DNA from: Felis catus
Lineage: Eukaryota
DNA length: 64,000 nucleotides
Direction: 5' to 3'
NCBI RefSeq assembly: GCF_018350175.1
Contig: NC_058368.1
Coordinates: 239,260,001-239,324,000, forward strand
Shown: positions 60,769-64,000 of the stretch, piece by piece
How positions within the stretch are numbered: position 1 is the first letter of the stretch
Layout of the letters: every line of letters begins with the position of its first letter
Notes under the pieces: generated by a model
Told to the model about the DNA's origin: nothing
The model's input: the letters and a program-made list of their open reading frames with translations, nothing else
Databases searched by the model: none
Made by a program: the position numbers and the translations under genes

Positions 60769-61744
60769 GAAGACAACACAAAGAAACGGAAAGAAATCCC
60801 ATGCTCATGGATTGTAAGAAGAAATATTGTTAAAATGTCTATGCTACCCAAAGCAATCTAGAAATTTAACATAATCCCTATCGAAATACCAGCAGCATTT
60901 TTCACAGAACTAGAACAAACAATCTTAAAATGTGTATGGAACAACAAAAGACCCTGAAGAGCCAAAGTAACCTTGAAAAAGAAAAAAAAAAGCTGGAGGT
61001 AACATAATTCCAGGCTTCAAATTATATTACAAAGCTGTAGTAATCAAAATAGCATGGTACTGGCATAAAAATAGACACATAGCTCAATGGAACAGAATGG
61101 AAAACACAGAGATAAACCCACAGTTATATGGTCAATTAGTCTTTGACAAAGCAGGAAAAAATATCCAATGAGAAAAAGACAGTCTCTTCAACAAATGGTG
61201 TTGAAAAAATCAGACTCCTATATGCAAAAGAAAGAAACTGGACCACTTTCTTTCACTCAAAATGGATTAAGGACCTAAATGTGAGACTAGCCCTGAGGTT
61301 TCTTAAAGTTCAATCTCTCCTCCTCTGAGCATAGATGGTCCTTCCCTGTCAGGTTGCTCTTCCACCCACCCTCTCTGCAGTTTCAGTCACTGGTCCCAGG
61401 TTTGAAAGTGTCTTCTGCTCTTGCTCACTTAGGAAGTCATTATCTCTCCATAATTTGGTTCTTTTAGATCTCTGTGTATCCACAGCTCTTGGATGGTTTT
61501 AAAGGAAAGTATAATTGTTTTGGTTTATGTAGGGCTTTCTTGTTGCTTGGCAGGAGTTAAAGTCTCTCTCACACTTCTAAACCATAACTAGAGAAAGGGC
61601 TCACCTGTTCATTGGCCCTAAATGTTTTGCCAATTTCTGCTGTTCTCTGACCCTTCACTTAGGAGTACATGTACAATTTCCCAAATGTGAAGGTGTTGTC
61701 ATTATTGATTTGGAGTTTTATTGCACTGCAATCTTTAAAAAAAG

Positions 61745-61951
61745 TTTTTCTTAACGTTTATTTATTGTTGAGAGAGAGAAACAGAGCATGAGCACGGATG
61801 GAAAGAGAGAGAGGGAGATACAGAATCCAAAGCAGGCTCCAGGCTCTGAGCTGTCAGCACAGAACCCAATGTGGGACTCGAACTCACAAACAGCGAGATC
61901 ATGACCTGAGCCAAAGGCAGACCCTTAACCCACTGAGCTACCCAGGCGCCC
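61745..61951 (-). mobile_element. CanSINE
   Basis: TSD tgcactgcaatcttta on both sides. Confidence 0.9.
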
Positions 61952-63689
61952 CTGCACTGCAATCTTTAGATACTAATTCTTTGGTATTTATTGCCACCTT
62001 ATGATTAATGGTCAATTCTGGTCAATTTCAATAAATGCATATGTACACTTAAGAAGAGTGTATGCTCTCTAATATTCTCAAGTTGTATACATTCTTGAAA
62101 TAAATGTATATCCTTTAGTTGTAAAATTTTACCTGAATTTTATCAAATTTTGGTTAATTCTGGAAAATGTTGCATGTGTGCTTTGGGAAGGATGTGTATT
62201 TTAAAATTACTGGCTTCAGTACTCTACGCATGCCCATTAGTGAAAGAGAGAAATCAGGTGTTCAGATATATCCTAGGTAATATGGGGTCTGTTTATCTAT
62301 TTGCTTTTCCCATTATGATTATGTTTACTCCTTCTAATTCCCTCAGTTTGTGCACCAAACATTTTAGGCTATGTTGTTAGTTGTTTACAGACGGTTACAT
62401 ATTCCTGGTTGTTACCAGTATTATTACTCAATGATCTGCCTTAGCCTTGATAATGCATTCTGCCTTTTACTATATTTAATTTTTTATGATGATTGCTACA
62501 CCAGTTATCTTTGGCTGGAATTTTGCTGGGCTACCATTTAAAAACTTTGTTTTCATCCAGTTATTATATATGTTGTGCTTTTTATTCCTGTGCCTTTGTT
62601 TTGTTTGTTCCCTCCTTTTCTGGCTTCCATTTGATTTCATCTTCTTTATTGGAATCCCCTGCTCCTGCTCCCCCCACCCCCATCAAGCAAACCATTCTAT
62701 TTCTATATCTTTCTGATTGCCTTTAACTTCTGCAGATAGTTTTTGAGCCAAACTGTGATGAAAGAAAGTCATAAATAAGCTGATGAGTCACTTTGAACAT
62801 TTCCTGTATCTACAGAAGGATGGAAGAATGGTGGTCATTGAAATCTTAGGAATACAACAAAAAATTAGTATGATTAGTAATGTTCTTCAAGTCACATACT
62901 TCGACCACAGCAGGTAAATAAAAACTGCATTGATCTATATTAACTACGATATGTTTATATGCATAGGTGTGGAGATAAGTTCATTTTCTCCTATGTCATA
63001 CAGATGATCGAATTTTATTTTCTTTATTCAAAAGTAAAAAGCAATATAAAGATGCAAATAGCAAGGTTATCCCTAAATTTCATTTTGTGCTTATTAAATT
63101 GTATACTTGTAAATATGTATTGATACTAAAGAGTAGTAGTATTCACATGGCTGTTTCAGAAAATAAGCAATTTTGTAAATGGGAAGGCGGATGACTTATG
63201 ATTAAAATGAAAGGAAAAGGAAACACAACAGAAGAAAGAAGGTGAAACATTAGGTCAAAATACCTTCTCAAAACACACCTTTGAAAGGGAACAGGCGTTT
63301 CTGTTCCCTGTGCTGCTGTTTATCTCTGTTTCTTATCAATCAATACCCTTTAAGTGTGCAAAAGATACACAATCACAAAGGAAAAAATCCTCTGTGTCGA
63401 CGACTTCACACAAAGAATCAAATGTAGGATATCATTGGTCATTTCCCTACCGTGGTCATTCTAGCTAAAAGACATTCAAAGAATTTAATAAATCAAAGTA
63501 GTCCAGTGGTAGTTTTTTTTAAAAGCCCTACTTCAATATCAATGGAATAATAAAAGGCACTGATTAATAAAGATCTTACTTTTTAAGATCTTTGTACTTT
63601 TTAATATCAAATGTACTTTTATACGATTGAGCCATGAATCTCTATAGCAGCTCACTGCAATATACCCACAAATTGTCTGCCATTAATTT

Positions 63690-64000
63690 TAAGATTGCCT
63701 CAAAAATAACCTACAATAAAATATCCCAAGACATTTCTCCCCTAAATTGATCTGCAGATTTAAAGCAATCTTAATCAAAACTCCTAGTATGATTTTTATA
63801 AATTAACAGATTCTAAATTTTTTATAGATATGCAAAGACACTAGAATAACTAAACAATTTTGAAAAAGAAGAACAAAGTGGGAGGCCTTATACCAGCTGA
63901 TTTCAGGATTCACTCTAAAGGTTCAGTAATCAAAACCATGTTACTGGAGGAAAGAGAGACAGATCAGGGGAACAAAACAGAGTCTAGGAACAGATTCACA
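63690..64000 (+). mobile_element. Old L1 ORF2 fragment (continues beyond the window)
   Basis: tctcccctaaattgatctgcagatttaaagcaatc...ttgaaaaagaagaacaaagtgggaggcctta. Confidence 0.75.

Larger units (their letters stand above)
56965..61288. mobile_element. 5'-inverted carnivore L1: 3' part on minus (56965-58146), inverted ORF2 part on plus (58150-58801 and 60241-61288)
   Basis: Plus segment encodes RT motifs ([30 protein letters not shown]) and ends at gacctaaatgtgagac; the minus segment begins atgtgagacctgaaacc. Confidence 0.85.

Noticed and set aside
45006..64000. Search for PLEKHG4B first and second coding exons (LYPPFEATA...QQEAC type sequence)
   Set aside because: Not found; the region is repeat-dominated, so these exons probably lie beyond 64000

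Overview
Mammalian genomic DNA from a felid: it carries abundant tRNA-derived CanSINEs of the SINEC_Fc type and carnivore L1s. Two protein-coding genes lie in tandem on the minus strand. PLEKHG4B (RhoGEF with N-terminal region, Sec14-like/spectrin-like segment and DH-PH module) is traced exon by exon with GT-AG phase continuity from 45005 down to 11754, and probably on to about 7557; its 5' exons lie beyond position 64000. LRRC14B is complete (two exons, 5025-4136 and 1505-863, 510 aa). The rest is intronic or intergenic DNA with SINE, LINE, LTR and DNA-transposon fossils and tandem repeats. I see no wholly new biological system. The most interesting signals are in PLEKHG4B exon turnover: one exon appears frameshifted, there is a cryptic in-frame exon before the DH domain, and there are phase-matched extra C-terminal exons. 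Also notable are a SINE-tail/flank-derived minisatellite with a dispersed copy, a degenerate ERV pol-env fossil, and a twin-primed L1 with nested insertions. Gene and repeat-family identities rest on my recollection of these families, not on database searches.
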